A stretch of DNA of 64,000 nucleotides, taken from the NCBI GenBank assembly GCA_027623015.1, contig JAQBVR010000002.1, positions 6,258 to 70,257 of the forward strand, read 5' to 3'. The position numbers and the translations under genes were made by a program. Under the pieces are notes generated by a model that made no database searches, was not told where the DNA came from, and was given only the letters and a program-made list of their open reading frames with translations. Of the stretch, positions 1 through 9,917 are shown piece by piece. The stretch's first letter is position 1. Every line of letters begins with the position of its first letter. This DNA is from a bacterium (GTDB lineage Bacteria > Patescibacteriota > Gracilibacteria > Peribacterales > Peribacteraceae).

Positions 1-682
1 ACATCGCTCCAGTGTCACCACTAAGAACTTTGTTTGGTGGGTAATCAAAAATGAGAGATGCACATGCAATAGCAGATAAGATGAATGCGAGTAATGCGAG
101 TTCTGGCTGATCAACTCTTGCGCTTATAGCTAAGCAACCGATCGTGAGGAATCCGATCGTAGAGAGCATGTTTACTTGGCCAGGGATTCCATCAAACCAA
201 TTGAGTGCGTTGATAGTGACCATGAGCCAGAGTATGGTGAATATTCCACTTAGGAGTGGTAGGGGGCCAAGGATATTTGTATAGATGTCGATGGTGTCAA
301 GCTTGATGAAGCTTGAAACGTCCATGGGGTTTGTCAATGTGTAGATTCGACTGCCCGTAGCAAATATGATAAAGGCGACTCCGGCCTGCACTCCCAAACG
401 TATCCATGAGGCTATGGGTGCCCTGTCGTCACGGAAAGAGGTAAAGAGTAGTATAAGTATTCCAAGGAGTACTCCTGCTGTTTGTAGAGTCCATGGAGCT
501 ATGATGGCGTACAGTATGACAAATGTCAGTGCTCCAAGTATTCCTGTTGGATAGGGGATAGGTGATCTACTGAGTCCGTATCGCTTCGGAAAATCTGTCA
601 GCTGAAGCTTCGGAAACTCTCGCAAAGCAAGCATATGCAGTAGTACACAGAAAATGAATGCCGTAATCGGTAGAGTGAGCAT
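1..682 (-). CDS. MraY/WecA/TagO-family (glycosyl transferase family 4) undecaprenyl-phosphate GlcNAc-1-P transferase, 3' end outside window
   Basis: Not in the ORF track. Manual minus-strand translation from ATG 682 gives MLTLPITAF...DFPKRYGLSRSPIPYPTG...NALNWFDGIPG...FDYPPNKVLSGDTGAM, matching the family motifs N-x-x-N-x-x-DG and GDxG. Confidence 0.85.
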   Translation of the reverse strand, partial: MLTLPITAFIFCVLLHMLALREFPKLQLTDFPKRYGLSRSPIPYPTGILGALTFVILYAIIAPWTLQTAGVLLGILILLFTSFRDDRAPIASWIRLGVQAGVAFIIFATGSRIYTLTNPMDVSSFIKLDTIDIYTNILGPLPLLSGIFTILWLMVTINALNWFDGIPGQVNMLSTIGFLTIGCLAISARVDQPELALLAFILSAIACASLIFDYPPNKVLSGDTGAM

Positions 683-715
683 AGAGATATCTGTAGTATA
701 GAGTCCAAACTCCTT

Positions 716-1081
716 ATGACAAAGACGCGTACATCGCCGGACAGGGAATTGTATGGAATTCTTGGCACATTTCCAGACGTTTCAAGGCTACAGTCTCATT
801 GGAATACATATTTCGATAAATGTAACATAGATGCATTTATCAATAAGTATCCAACAACAGTATCTACTATTCCTGAACGACTGAGTGAGATGTTCCATTT
901 TGATCGTCGTATGTACTTTATCGGTCCTTCATTGCGACTTTGTATTTGTCAGTATCTTGATGGTATCGATTGTCCTGAGGAGCACATAAACTGCGTCGTT
1001 AACATTGGTGGTGTTTTTTATGGAAGATGTGTTGATGATCCCTTTAACATTGAGGAAGTTCTCGCTACAATTCTGACATGA
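716..1081 (+). CDS. Small protein resembling a degenerate shikimate dehydrogenase (AroE) N-terminal domain
   Basis: YGILG...HWNTYF..CNIDA...YLDGID...INCVVNIGGVFYGRCVD is colinear with AroE YGLIG...HNAAF..LGLDA...YLDELD...VNTIVN.DGKLIGYNTD. The stop overlaps the pgk start (ATGA). Confidence 0.55.
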   Translation: MTKTRTSPDRELYGILGTFPDVSRLQSHWNTYFDKCNIDAFINKYPTTVSTIPERLSEMFHFDRRMYFIGPSLRLCICQYLDGIDCPEEHINCVVNIGGVFYGRCVDDPFNIEEVLATILT

Positions 1082-2289
1082 GCTACCCCACACTCGATCT
1101 TGCAGACCTCTCTGGTAAGACAGTGCTCATGCGTGCTGGGTTTGATGTCCCACTTGATAATGGCGTTGTAGTAGATGAAACTCGCATAGAATCAGTTCTT
1201 CCAACAATGAAATACATTCTCGATGCAGGAGCAGCTCTTATACTTATGGCTCACCAGGGTCGCCCTAAAGCAAAACCTGTTCCTGAGATGAGTCAGAAGC
1301 CACTCGTTTCTGTTCTTGAAAAACTTCTTGGCATCGATGTACTGTTTGCTCAGTCTTGCATTGGTGTTGAAACGAAGTCAATGGCTGACGCACTAAAGCC
1401 TGGACAAGTCCTTCTTCTCGAAAATCTACGGTATGAAGAAGGTGAGAAGAAAAATGACCCTGCTTTTGCATCTGAATTGGCTAGTTTTGCAGATATCTAC
1501 GTTAACGATGCTTTCACGAATTCTCATCGTAGCCATGCGAGTATGGTTGGTGTCCCGATGCTGATTCCAGGCTTTCTGGGTTTACATATTGCAAATGAGA
1601 TTACCCAACTGAGTAAAGTGACCAATGACCCTGTTCATCCCATAACACTCATCATCTCTGGTGCAAAGATGGAAACAAAGATTCCAGTTATTGAGAACTT
1701 CCTTTCTATTGGAGATAATATTCTCGTAGGAGGCTGTATAGCAAATACGTGTATTGCTGGACAAGGCTACGATGTTGGCACATCTCGTTATGAGCAAGAG
1801 TGGATGGAAAAGGCTCAGGAGTGCATGTTGAAGAGTGAGGTAGAGGGCAATGCAACTGTTCATGTTCCTACTGATGTTATTTTGGCAACTGAGCCAAAAG
1901 ACCACGCTACAAAAGTATGTCTTCCCGTTGAAGATATTATGGGAGATATGTCTGTCTTCGACATCGGTAAGATCACCATTGAGCACTATAAAGATGTTAT
2001 CGCTTCTTCTCGAACAATAGTTTGGAATGGTCCTCTTGGAATGCATGAATACAACTGCTTTTCTCATGCCACTAAGCGTATAGCTGAGGCAATCGCAGAT
2101 GCTACAGCGCATGGCGCTGTATCTATTGTCGGAGGAGGGGACACACTAGACTTCCATGAGCGATACAATTACCCATTGAGTGCATACACACATGTGTCCA
2201 CTGCCGGAGGTGCGATGCTAGACTTCATCTCTGGAAAAGTGCTTCCAGGCTTACACGTGCTCGAAGAGCAAATGGTTTCGACTAACTAA
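1078..2289 (+). CDS. pgk: Phosphoglycerate kinase
   Basis: Motifs HQGRPK, LLENLRY, YVNDAF, WNGPLG, GGGDT, HVSTAGGA. Confidence 0.97.
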   Translation: MSYPTLDLADLSGKTVLMRAGFDVPLDNGVVVDETRIESVLPTMKYILDAGAALILMAHQGRPKAKPVPEMSQKPLVSVLEKLLGIDVLFAQSCIGVETKSMADALKPGQVLLLENLRYEEGEKKNDPAFASELASFADIYVNDAFTNSHRSHASMVGVPMLIPGFLGLHIANEITQLSKVTNDPVHPITLIISGAKMETKIPVIENFLSIGDNILVGGCIANTCIAGQGYDVGTSRYEQEWMEKAQECMLKSEVEGNATVHVPTDVILATEPKDHATKVCLPVEDIMGDMSVFDIGKITIEHYKDVIASSRTIVWNGPLGMHEYNCFSHATKRIAEAIADATAHGAVSIVGGGDTLDFHERYNYPLSAYTHVSTAGGAMLDFISGKVLPGLHVLEEQMVSTN

Positions 2290-2310
2290 TTCCTGTAAGC
2301 TCACGTGGCT

Positions 2311-3894
2311 ATGTCTTCACTATTTGTTTTCATCCCAGAGGAGGGTGAATCCCCAGCGGCTTTTCTCAAGCGTGCAGAACTAGAGAAGGGTAGTCTCGTT
2401 CTCGTCTTGACAGGAATAGACTTGATGCTTGCTGCAGATAAAGATCTTCTTTCTATGTTTATAGATGATCTGGCGTCTATCAGTAGTCGAGTTCGCATAG
2501 CTACAAAACAGCGAAAAATAATGGAAGCGGCACGAAACCGCGGGATTCGCGTCGTAGGGAAGTTGTCGGACTTGCAGCATCTTCTTGAGGGGCATCGTAG
2601 TCTTGATGATGCAGTGCATGCGTTTTCTCCTCATGTATGGCAACAGAAATTGCGATCAAATTTACAATCGATGGGTTTGCTTTCTCTTCCACGTATTCGT
2701 ATATGGATCCTGATTGGATTGAGTTTGTCTTTGTTCTCTTTTGTCTTTCTGCGGTTACTTCCTTCTGCAACGGTACATATCTCTCCTCGTGAAGATACTA
2801 TTTCACAAACTGCTAATATTTTCCTTGTTTTGTCTGGTGCAACGGTTGATATTCCGAAACGCGTTCGAACATTAGAGCTTATGCCTATTGTTGTTTCTTC
2901 AGATCAAACACTCACATTTGATCAGATTTCGAAAGAGTTCATCGGTACGAGCGCGCGGGTTGTACTTACTATGTATAACGATACAGCAGATATTTATCCT
3001 ATTCGAAAGTGGACACGTGTCATGAACCAGGCAGGTATGGTATTTCGCATACAGGATCCCATTGTGCTCGACCCAGGTGAACGTATTTCTGTGCGAGCAG
3101 AGGCAGATGATCACGATCTCTATAATGAGATTATTGGTGAGAGAGGAAATGTACCAGAAGGGCTACGTTGGAAGCTTCCAGGACTTTCAGAAGATGAGCA
3201 AAAGCTTGTCTATGCCATTAATTCTAGTAAAGGATTTGGTGGTACGACTGCCTTTAGAACTGTTCTTCATCAAGGTGATCTTGATATTGCTACAAAGAAA
3301 CTAGAGCAAGATTTGCTAGCAACTGTAAAGCAATTGGTAGATGAGCAACGCCTTTTGTACAATGCAGCACATTTAGAGCATAATATGGAGATCTTGTATT
3401 ATGATGAATTGACAAAGACTACATTTACTGGCTTCGTGCTACCTCTAGAGTTCTTAGGTGAACCAGTTACCTCCATACCGGTGAAGGGGAGTGTAGTGTA
3501 TACAGCTTATGCATATAATTCACAAAAAGTTTTAAATCTACTAAGTGAAGAGCTATATTCACATGTTGAAGATGGCAAAAGATTACTAGAAGACAGTGTG
3601 ACTCTCGAAAGACTTATCGCACACGTCATCGACTATAACGATAAGCTTTCGTGGATTAAACTTACTGTAGACCTTTCGGGTACTGAGCAGTTTATTCTCG
3701 ATCCACTTAGTCCTACTGGTGCAAAGTTTGCAAAGCGCATTCGAGAGATGATAACAGGTAAGGAAAGTGACATTGCCGAGCGTATTATCAAAAACCTTCC
3801 TGAAGTTCGTCATGCGGAAGTATCTATTTGGCCACCGTGGAATTCTGTATTGCCTCATATTCCATCACATATCGTTATTGAAATAGACTCTTAA
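2311..3894 (+). CDS. CPR-type membrane protein with a baseplate J/gp47-like domain
   Basis: N-terminal alpha/beta region (RVRIATK..ARNRGIRV), one TM helix followed by LPSATVHISP, A..IGERGNV, GFGGTT and a C-terminal IWPPW..LP..PS.I. This architecture is typical of the conserved CPR protein. Confidence 0.65.
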   Translation: MSSLFVFIPEEGESPAAFLKRAELEKGSLVLVLTGIDLMLAADKDLLSMFIDDLASISSRVRIATKQRKIMEAARNRGIRVVGKLSDLQHLLEGHRSLDDAVHAFSPHVWQQKLRSNLQSMGLLSLPRIRIWILIGLSLSLFSFVFLRLLPSATVHISPREDTISQTANIFLVLSGATVDIPKRVRTLELMPIVVSSDQTLTFDQISKEFIGTSARVVLTMYNDTADIYPIRKWTRVMNQAGMVFRIQDPIVLDPGERISVRAEADDHDLYNEIIGERGNVPEGLRWKLPGLSEDEQKLVYAINSSKGFGGTTAFRTVLHQGDLDIATKKLEQDLLATVKQLVDEQRLLYNAAHLEHNMEILYYDELTKTTFTGFVLPLEFLGEPVTSIPVKGSVVYTAYAYNSQKVLNLLSEELYSHVEDGKRLLEDSVTLERLIAHVIDYNDKLSWIKLTVDLSGTEQFILDPLSPTGAKFAKRIREMITGKESDIAERIIKNLPEVRHAEVSIWPPWNSVLPHIPSHIVIEIDS

Positions 3895-3896
3895 AT

Positions 3897-4526
3897 ATGA
3901 TTCCAACAGTTGCCCACCTTCGTTTATTACAATTTCTTGTTATTACGACTTGTATAACAATTCTATTCATCATTCTGTCAACGATTTTCTATGTGTGGAC
4001 TGAGTTCGATGGCAATAGTAACTTTCCTGTAGAGTGCGCTCTTGTCTTCGGAGCTTCGGTACATTCAAACGACCAACCTGGCCCAGGCATAAAGAGAAGA
4101 GTTGCCACTGCTGCAGAGTTGTATAATGATGGCTCTGTGTCTCGAATCATCGTTACTGGTGGTAAGGGCGATGCATTCAAAGACTCAGAAGCACGTGTCA
4201 TGCAGCGAGAAGCAATGCGAAGGGGAGTTGATCCAGAAGATATCTTCCTTGAAGAGACTGCTGTATCTACATGGCAAAACATTTCACACACAGTAGACCT
4301 TCGTAAGGGTTGTGACGGAGTCGTTGCTGTATCCGATAGATACCATCTTGCAAGGATACGTCAACTAGTTGCCAAGCAGGGAGAAGTGTTGGACATTTAT
4401 ACATATCCAGCAGGGGATCACCCAAACGTATTTTTCGAATTTAAAAGTGTTCTGCGCGAGGCGTTCGGAATCATCTATTACACAGTAGGTGATTACACAT
4501 CTTTAGATATATTTGCTGAAAAATAA
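3897..4526 (+). CDS. YdcF/SanA/ElyC (DUF218) family protein
   Basis: Motifs ALVFGA, IIVTGG, SEARVM, STWQN, VSDRYHLAR, LRE, with an N-terminal TM helix. Confidence 0.9.
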   Translation: MIPTVAHLRLLQFLVITTCITILFIILSTIFYVWTEFDGNSNFPVECALVFGASVHSNDQPGPGIKRRVATAAELYNDGSVSRIIVTGGKGDAFKDSEARVMQREAMRRGVDPEDIFLEETAVSTWQNISHTVDLRKGCDGVVAVSDRYHLARIRQLVAKQGEVLDIYTYPAGDHPNVFFEFKSVLREAFGIIYYTVGDYTSLDIFAEK

Positions 4527-4581
4527 CAACAAGTTCCTATGTATTGTTATGTAAACAAAATGTATACCGAGCACTTCTTCG

Positions 4582-4590
4582 TTATCCACA
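4582..4590 (+). promoter_or_regulatory. DnaA box (perfect TTATCCACA); a second, inverted, one-mismatch box TGTGGACAA lies at 4638-4646
   Basis: Exact match to the 9-mer consensus. Confidence 0.55.
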
Positions 4591-4600
4591 GTCAATTGAA

Positions 4601-4628
4601 TATTAACATAAAAAGCATTATGTTAAGT
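4601..4628. other. dif-like Xer recombination site (11-6-11)
   Basis: TATTAACATAA-AAAGCA-TTATGTTAAGT. The right arm matches the XerD arm TTATGTTAAAT at 10/11 positions and the left arm is its near-inverse. It lies about 100 bp upstream of the xer gene. Confidence 0.7.
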
Positions 4629-4731
4629 ATGATGAATTGTGGACAAGTACACAAAAGGTGTTCAATCGTCCCAGAAGAGCTAAATTCTTCACTCCCCCAC
4701 CATTACTGACATTACGCCACTATCACAGGCA

Positions 4732-5634
4732 ATGGATCGTTACATAGTTTTCCTACAAGCAGAAGAGAACAAGTCCCCTCTCACTGTTGCGAACTACCGA
4801 CGTAGTTTGAACCTTCTTCTAGAGCTCATGGATGTGTCTGCTCCTGAAGATATCAATAAGATGTCTATACGTAGCCTAAAAGTCGCACTTCACTCGTCTA
4901 AGGCCCGCAAAGGCTCGGCCCTTACCATAAGTACCAAAAACTATCATCTTACAGTACTTCGTGCCTTCCTTCGGTACCTACTTCAAGATGAAGAGCTGGA
5001 AGTGTATTCACCAGATCGTGTGCGAAGATTTAAAGAAGGAGAACGACAAGTGAAGGTTTTATTTCATGATGAGTTGCAACGACTCCTCGAAGCACCAGAC
5101 ACTTCGACAAAAATTGGCAAACGCGATAAAGCTATGCTCCAGTTATTCTTTTCCACAGGGATGCGTCTTGCAGAACTTCGAAGTCTCGATCGTAAAGATC
5201 TAAACTTTGACACAAGGGAGATATCTGTTCGTGGTAAGCGTAGTAAGATCCGTGTCGTCTTTCTTTCCGATGATGCTGTCTTTGCACTGAAGGAATACCT
5301 TGAGGCTAGAATCGACCACATAACCCCCCTTTTCATTCGTAATTTTGACAAGGCGCGCGATGCGATGCCACCGGGAGAAGAGTTTAGACTCTCTCGTATC
5401 TCCATTTACAATGCTGTAAAGAAATACGCTCGTGCTGCGGGTATCGTATCGGATCCTTCACCACACACGCTTCGCCACTCCTTCGCTACAGATCTCCTAC
5501 GCAATGGTGCAGACTTGCGTTCAGTTCAAGAGTTACTGGGACACCAAGATCTTTCTACGACACAGATCTATACACACGTTACAAATCCTCAGCTGAAGGA
5601 GGTGCATAAGAAGTTTCATGATTCTTCTACTTAA
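4732..5634 (+). CDS. xerC: Xer-family tyrosine recombinase (XerC/XerD/XerA-like)
   Basis: Motifs RDKAML..STGMRLAEL, VRGKRSK.R, SPHTLRHSFATDLL..GADLRSVQELLGH..LSTTQIYTHV. The R-K-H-x-x-R-H-Y catalytic set is complete. Confidence 0.92.
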   Translation: MDRYIVFLQAEENKSPLTVANYRRSLNLLLELMDVSAPEDINKMSIRSLKVALHSSKARKGSALTISTKNYHLTVLRAFLRYLLQDEELEVYSPDRVRRFKEGERQVKVLFHDELQRLLEAPDTSTKIGKRDKAMLQLFFSTGMRLAELRSLDRKDLNFDTREISVRGKRSKIRVVFLSDDAVFALKEYLEARIDHITPLFIRNFDKARDAMPPGEEFRLSRISIYNAVKKYARAAGIVSDPSPHTLRHSFATDLLRNGADLRSVQELLGHQDLSTTQIYTHVTNPQLKEVHKKFHDSST

Positions 5635-6718
5635 CCATTGGTGGTCTTGCACTGAGAATAAGTGGCTTCATTATATTTATACATTCGTAGACTCGAATAG
5701 CTACCATCTCGTTATTGATGTCGTGGCCATTTCCATTTTTATGATATAGCGAATCTAGAACTAGAGCTATCTTCCTTCGAAATTCAGAATTTTTGTTCTC
5801 AGCATCTTGACGAGATATGTTATTTACATTATTTAGTCCAAGAGCACGTAAAAATACCATAAGATTTCCTCGAACAAAACGTTGATCTCCGTTTAGTTCA
5901 ATTTCTTCTCTCAGCTCAGCAGGTTTTATTGAATATACTTGGGCATATGGCCTTTCTCTTGTTTCGATTGCTTCTTGAGCAAGGTGTTTTGCATAGGTTT
6001 TTTCTGGTAAGAAGTGCAGGACGTCATTTATAGCATCTATCTCTCTTATGCTTGAGCCTTGGTTTCTTTTGAGTACGGCAAGAGATGTGTTCTTATTCAC
6101 ACCCATGGCATCTAGATACGGTGTACCGATTCCATGCAATGCGAGAGTTTGCATAAGACGGATGTTAAACATTTGTCTTGCAAATTTCGTACTTCTTCTT
6201 TTATCGCTAGTGCTTACTAATTTCTCATCTTTCGCAATTCTTAGTAAATGATCTGTGATTATATCGGCTCGCTTATCTACAGTCTTTTCTTGCTGGGTTA
6301 TCCTGCTTGTAACCAGATGTATATCTCTTCGTACATTTGCTCTGTGGTCTGGTAGAGTTCGAAAATTACTCTCCCCTCCTTCTTCAGTGCAGAATCCTGC
6401 AGCTGTTAGAACATACTCTGCAGAGAGAGATTCTATTCCAGACTTCATCATTGCAGGTAATATCGACTTTGCTAGTATGTCGTCTACTAAACAGGAATCT
6501 CGAAGCGTAAACATGCATCGACTTTCAGGTGGTAATTTTCTTAGTATTGCCATTCGATCTTTTAAAGGCATCTTTGTCCAATCCCCTTCTAATCCTGTAG
6601 GCAAGACATTTTCAGTAAGTTGACCCCTTAGGTCTTTCAGGAATCTAATTTCCGTTTCTATAAAAGCATTTATTGGCATAGTGGAGGGCACTATACTTGA
6701 CAAAAATAATGGAATCAA
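5627..6718 (-). CDS. Hypothetical protein (start probably at MPINAF, 6679)
   Basis: 363-aa ORF with no recognisable motif. Confidence 0.6.
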   Translation of the reverse strand: MIPLFLSSIVPSTMPINAFIETEIRFLKDLRGQLTENVLPTGLEGDWTKMPLKDRMAILRKLPPESRCMFTLRDSCLVDDILAKSILPAMMKSGIESLSAEYVLTAAGFCTEEGGESNFRTLPDHRANVRRDIHLVTSRITQQEKTVDKRADIITDHLLRIAKDEKLVSTSDKRRSTKFARQMFNIRLMQTLALHGIGTPYLDAMGVNKNTSLAVLKRNQGSSIREIDAINDVLHFLPEKTYAKHLAQEAIETRERPYAQVYSIKPAELREEIELNGDQRFVRGNLMVFLRALGLNNVNNISRQDAENKNSEFRRKIALVLDSLYHKNGNGHDINNEMVAIRVYECINIMKPLILSARPPMVK

Positions 6719-6917
6719 GTCTAAAAGCTATATGATGCTAGTAATTCATCAAACTCTACATATCCTGCTTCTGCGTTAAAATGTCCTGCATTTGGAATAA
6801 GAGAAAGTTCAATCCCTAGCAGAGCTTCGGAATCAGGTCTCTCATGCGCTGTGCTAATTTTTCGTTATACGCCATATTCGAGTGGTATTATCTCATAGTT
6901 TCTGTAGTATATCTTCA

Positions 6918-7403
6918 ATGATTCTCGCTTTACTCATTGCATCGGCCACTTGTTACGGTCCTAGTGACTGTGTAGCGCCTATGGTTTGTAGTTCAGGAAA
7001 GCGTGGAAGCATCCCAGGTGTATGTAGAATGACAAAGGAAACACACCCTACAGGCGCAGATTCCATCAAGCCTATCCCCGTAGTAAATCCAAGTACATCT
7101 ACACCACCCGTTCCTGCGCCTCCAGCTGCAGCACCGGCTTTCTCCCCTCCTCTAGCACCACCCGCTCCTCCTGCTGAGTTTGAGATTCCTGATGCACCTA
7201 AGCCACCAAGATTTGAGGATTCATCAAGCAGTGATGACGACGATGCATCAAGTTCTGCATCCTCCGAATCAGATGATGACAATGATGAGGAGGTGAATCA
7301 AGGGCCTGTTGCGAAAGTGGTCAACACTATTATCGTAACCCCTGCAACTCTAATCATAGAGTCTGTGAAAGACTTCTGGTGTTTGTTGTTTGGCTGTAAC
7401 TAA
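6918..7403 (+). CDS. Secreted Cys/Pro/Ser-Asp-rich protein
   Basis: Signal-like MILALLIASA, four-Cys N-terminal module, Pro-Ala linker and acidic tract. Confidence 0.6.
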   Translation: MILALLIASATCYGPSDCVAPMVCSSGKRGSIPGVCRMTKETHPTGADSIKPIPVVNPSTSTPPVPAPPAAAPAFSPPLAPPAPPAEFEIPDAPKPPRFEDSSSSDDDDASSSASSESDDDNDEEVNQGPVAKVVNTIIVTPATLIIESVKDFWCLLFGCN

Positions 7404-7618
7404 GAAGTTCGTGGACCTGTCTCGATAGTGATAGTTACAGTGCCTGACTCTCTTCCTTTTAAGAGTCTTTCCATTTTCTTATCATTAATATTTAGAACGG
7501 CACTTCGTAATATCGCTTCTACTGAAGCTCTTGTCATAGTAAGCTTACTTTCTATGGGTATAATTATTCTCACTTTCCCAGTTACTTTGTTTGCACTGAG
7601 TATTACATCAACTTCCAT
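7400..7618 (-). CDS. Small hypothetical protein, start overlapping the upstream stop
   Basis: 72-aa ORF overlapping the end of 7608-9671 by 11 nt. Confidence 0.45.
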   Translation of the reverse strand: MEVDVILSANKVTGKVRIIIPIESKLTMTRASVEAILRSAVLNINDKKMERLLKGRESGTVTITIETGPRTS

Positions 7619-9671
7619 GCTTAACGAATGTAACGGGTATAAGTCGAATAGGTTTGTTTGGCCCAGCTGTTTCTACAAATAGAAACTCATACTTGTCTGT
7701 AAGACTTCTGGCATCTATCATGAGTTTTTCTATCATTGCTAGAGTATCTGGTGTGTGTGAAATCTCTATATCTTCTTCATTTGCTATTTCGAGTCCACAC
7801 TCTCTGAGTATTTCTTCGCGTGGTGACACTCCTTGTATTAGCGGCATCGTCCACAGTCGAGATGGGATCTTACTAGTTTCGTAACCAAATTCCCTTTTTA
7901 AGGTTTTGGACCATTTCTCCATAGTAGAATGCAGCAATGAGTTCGCGCTTTCAAACTCCCCTCCTGTTGCTGCATTTAATTGCCTTGCTCCAGATGCATT
8001 CAGTCTTTCTACAGTTTGCAGATATAAGTGCCCTTTATCGTTATATATTTCTGATCCATCTTCTGCTTCCCCTCCTGCTAAGTGATGCTTTGCAACATTT
8101 ATTGATTTGCATGTAAAGTTTAGTACATTTTGTACATTTGAAATATGTACATATACAACAAGATTACCATTTGGATTTTTTTTGTTTTTCAGTAGAGCTA
8201 GAAAATTTTCTCTTAGCCTTTGAATATCATGAGGGTTAAACAATTTCGCGCCCATATCGTCTAGCGAAATTGACTTAACACTATCCCCCTTTAACCTGAG
8301 AGCAAGCAAGCCATTGCGCATGGACTTACGTGCTGTCAATACTAACTGACTTCTAGGAATATCTAGTTCATCTTGTAACTTTGCAAGAATTGGTGCTAGT
8401 TCTCGCACTGCATTCTCTTCTTCCAACTTTGCGTCTAGCTCAGTATGGGAAGCATATGATGCAGATGCTTCTTCTTCTCTTTCGTAGCTATCTACAGCAC
8501 CCCAGTCAGCTATGTCTTCGGGAATATTGTTAAGATCTTCACTATGTACAAATACTTGTACTATGTACTCATAGCCATACTGACTTATGTCTACTTCATC
8601 CGTTCTCATCATAATTTGCAGCCGCGTCTTTCCAGGCATGTTATTTGAGATGTACTCAAGATCATTTCTTAGTTCTGTAAAATCGGGGGTCTTTGCTTCT
8701 AGATCTCTAGTATAAGCAAGTGTTGCTACTATATTCTTTTGATATTCACTAGTAGGAGACATCACCAAACCTATATCTTTCATAGGATTCTTTTCAAATT
8801 CTGTTGTTAATGCAGCGTGAAGTTTTTCATGATTCATCTGCATATAGTTGATTGCAGGTTCCACTACCTCATTCTTTACTTTCTGCTTTTTAGTATCTTC
8901 CTCCTCCTGCTCAATCTTCTTAGCATAGGTTACCAAAACCCACTCTCCACTATCTATAGCACTCTCTATTTTGGTTTTTACATACCCTACTTCATTAAAA
9001 GTGATTGCAAACTCTTCAGCATTTTCTATATACACAACATTTCCCGCTTTCCGGAGTGCCTGTATTTCCTCAACGATGCGATCGAGAAAAATTCCTCCAT
9101 CGCCACATGTAGTTTTTGCTACTCGATGCTCCTTTTTTACATACCCATTTTCTTTTGTGAGCCATGCACGTTCTGCGTCATGCGTTACTATCTTTAGATC
9201 CAAAGACTCTCCTTCGTCTTCTGGAAAGATCATTTCGATAGCATTACGTGGAGCTTCCATCCTTCTTACTGCTTCTTCTTTACCTTCTTCATTTCTCTTA
9301 ATTCTTTCTGCAATTAGATCAATTCGAATCATAATCTTTTCTAGGAAATCTTTCCATGTCTTACTTTCTACAGGTAGCCCTAATTCCGTATTAGGAAAGT
9401 CGAGATCTTCAACGTAGATCTCAACTGGTATAGAATCATAGGAAAGATAATCGACCCTTACAATAGCTCTTCCTTCTTCTTTCTTTAGGGCAAATCCTAA
9501 AAAGATATATCTTACATCTAAATTATACCTCTCAAGTTGTAACTGTAATCCATTTCGTAAGTATCTTTCTAACTCACTTCCTCCATTTTTTACGCTGACT
9601 TCTTTATCATCAGGAGATAATTCCCCCTGTTGTCTCTCATGTTGAAGCCGAGAAAATTCGTCATCAGACAT
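7608..9671 (-). CDS. Large acidic hypothetical protein
   Basis: 687-aa, E/K-rich ORF with no recognisable domain. Confidence 0.7.
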   Translation of the reverse strand: MSDDEFSRLQHERQQGELSPDDKEVSVKNGGSELERYLRNGLQLQLERYNLDVRYIFLGFALKKEEGRAIVRVDYLSYDSIPVEIYVEDLDFPNTELGLPVESKTWKDFLEKIMIRIDLIAERIKRNEEGKEEAVRRMEAPRNAIEMIFPEDEGESLDLKIVTHDAERAWLTKENGYVKKEHRVAKTTCGDGGIFLDRIVEEIQALRKAGNVVYIENAEEFAITFNEVGYVKTKIESAIDSGEWVLVTYAKKIEQEEEDTKKQKVKNEVVEPAINYMQMNHEKLHAALTTEFEKNPMKDIGLVMSPTSEYQKNIVATLAYTRDLEAKTPDFTELRNDLEYISNNMPGKTRLQIMMRTDEVDISQYGYEYIVQVFVHSEDLNNIPEDIADWGAVDSYEREEEASASYASHTELDAKLEEENAVRELAPILAKLQDELDIPRSQLVLTARKSMRNGLLALRLKGDSVKSISLDDMGAKLFNPHDIQRLRENFLALLKNKKNPNGNLVVYVHISNVQNVLNFTCKSINVAKHHLAGGEAEDGSEIYNDKGHLYLQTVERLNASGARQLNAATGGEFESANSLLHSTMEKWSKTLKREFGYETSKIPSRLWTMPLIQGVSPREEILRECGLEIANEEDIEISHTPDTLAMIEKLMIDARSLTDKYEFLFVETAGPNKPIRLIPVTFVKHGS

Positions 9672-9917
9672 GAAGAAAGCCTACCAGAACAAGTTGTTCT
9701 TACAAGGAGAAAGAGCGTTAGAGCCCTTAAGCTAGCTCAAAACGCACTATTCCGCTCTTCTAACGCCTATTTGCCCGATAGCAGAGCTACGTATAGTACT
9801 TCAGGATACAATGAGTCACTTCAGCAAATTACAGTGAATAAAATTGAATATCTTGAAAGACATATACATGAGAAGAAAGATCAGCTTTTCACTGGAATCT
9901 TCCGATCGAACGTTCCT

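Noticed and set aside
4530-4731. oriC
   Set aside because: Only two DnaA boxes, no dnaA/dnaN nearby, and no change in gene orientation across the site.
2311-5634. Prophage (baseplate-J-like gene near a tyrosine recombinase)
   Set aside because: No other phage genes are present, and both genes look like conserved CPR chromosomal genes.
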